Shown one piece after another: positions 63,967 to 64,000 of a stretch of 64,000 nt of DNA (within the stretch, counting starts at the first letter, position 1; every line of letters starts with the position of its first letter). A program made the position numbers and the translations under genes. Where the stretch lies: assembly GCA_965222615.1 (NCBI GenBank), contig CBDCUI010000009.1, positions 896,001-960,000 on the forward strand, given 5' to 3'. This DNA is from Gammaproteobacteria bacterium (lineage in GTDB: Bacteria; Pseudomonadota; Gammaproteobacteria; UBA4575). Under the pieces are notes generated by a model, which saw only the letters and a program-made list of their open reading frames with translations, searched no databases and had not been told where the DNA came from.

Positions 63967-64000
63967 ATGACCGAAGAAGACAAAGAAGTTGATGGATCAA
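63967..64000 (+). CDS. Start of a truncated ORF (MTEEDKEVDGS...)
   Basis: AAGGAG RBS followed by ATG; runs off window end. Confidence 0.4.
   Translation, partial: MTEEDKEVDGS

Overview
AT-rich gammaproteobacterial chromosome segment made mostly of core housekeeping clusters: tilS-accA-dnaE-rnhB, lpxA-fabZ-lpxD-skp-bamA-rseP-dxr-cdsA-uppS-frr-pyrH-tsf-rpsB, map-glnD-dapC-dapD-yffB-dapE, cysM-acpS-pdxJ-recO-era-rnc-lepB, thrS-infC-rpmI-rplT-pheST-ihfA-merR-tRNA-Pro, tRNA-Val-uvrB, an aminotransferase and tRNA-Asn. Three accessory patches interrupt them. (1) At 29.16-31.0 kb, three small co-oriented genes are each bracketed by copies of a ~30-bp 10-10-10 palindrome that is not attC; one copy is split exactly at its centre by a 250-bp IS30-type MITE. 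This is the best candidate for an undescribed cassette system. (2) At 37.5-46.4 kb, a 2173-aa copper-radical-oxidase/diheme-peroxidase fusion is divergently paired with a second diheme peroxidase, next to the tRNA-Pro 3' end. (3) At 54.0-58.4 kb, a tRNA-Val island remnant carries an intact IS3 element and a solo OLD-type ATPase/TOPRIM nuclease. Other notable points: an inverted gnnA-gnnB-lpxB block, an S2 protein with a DUF4332-like C-terminal fusion, an ATC-started infC, and several small structured repeat families with compensatory base changes. All calls come from reading the sequence and recognising motifs by eye; no searches were run.
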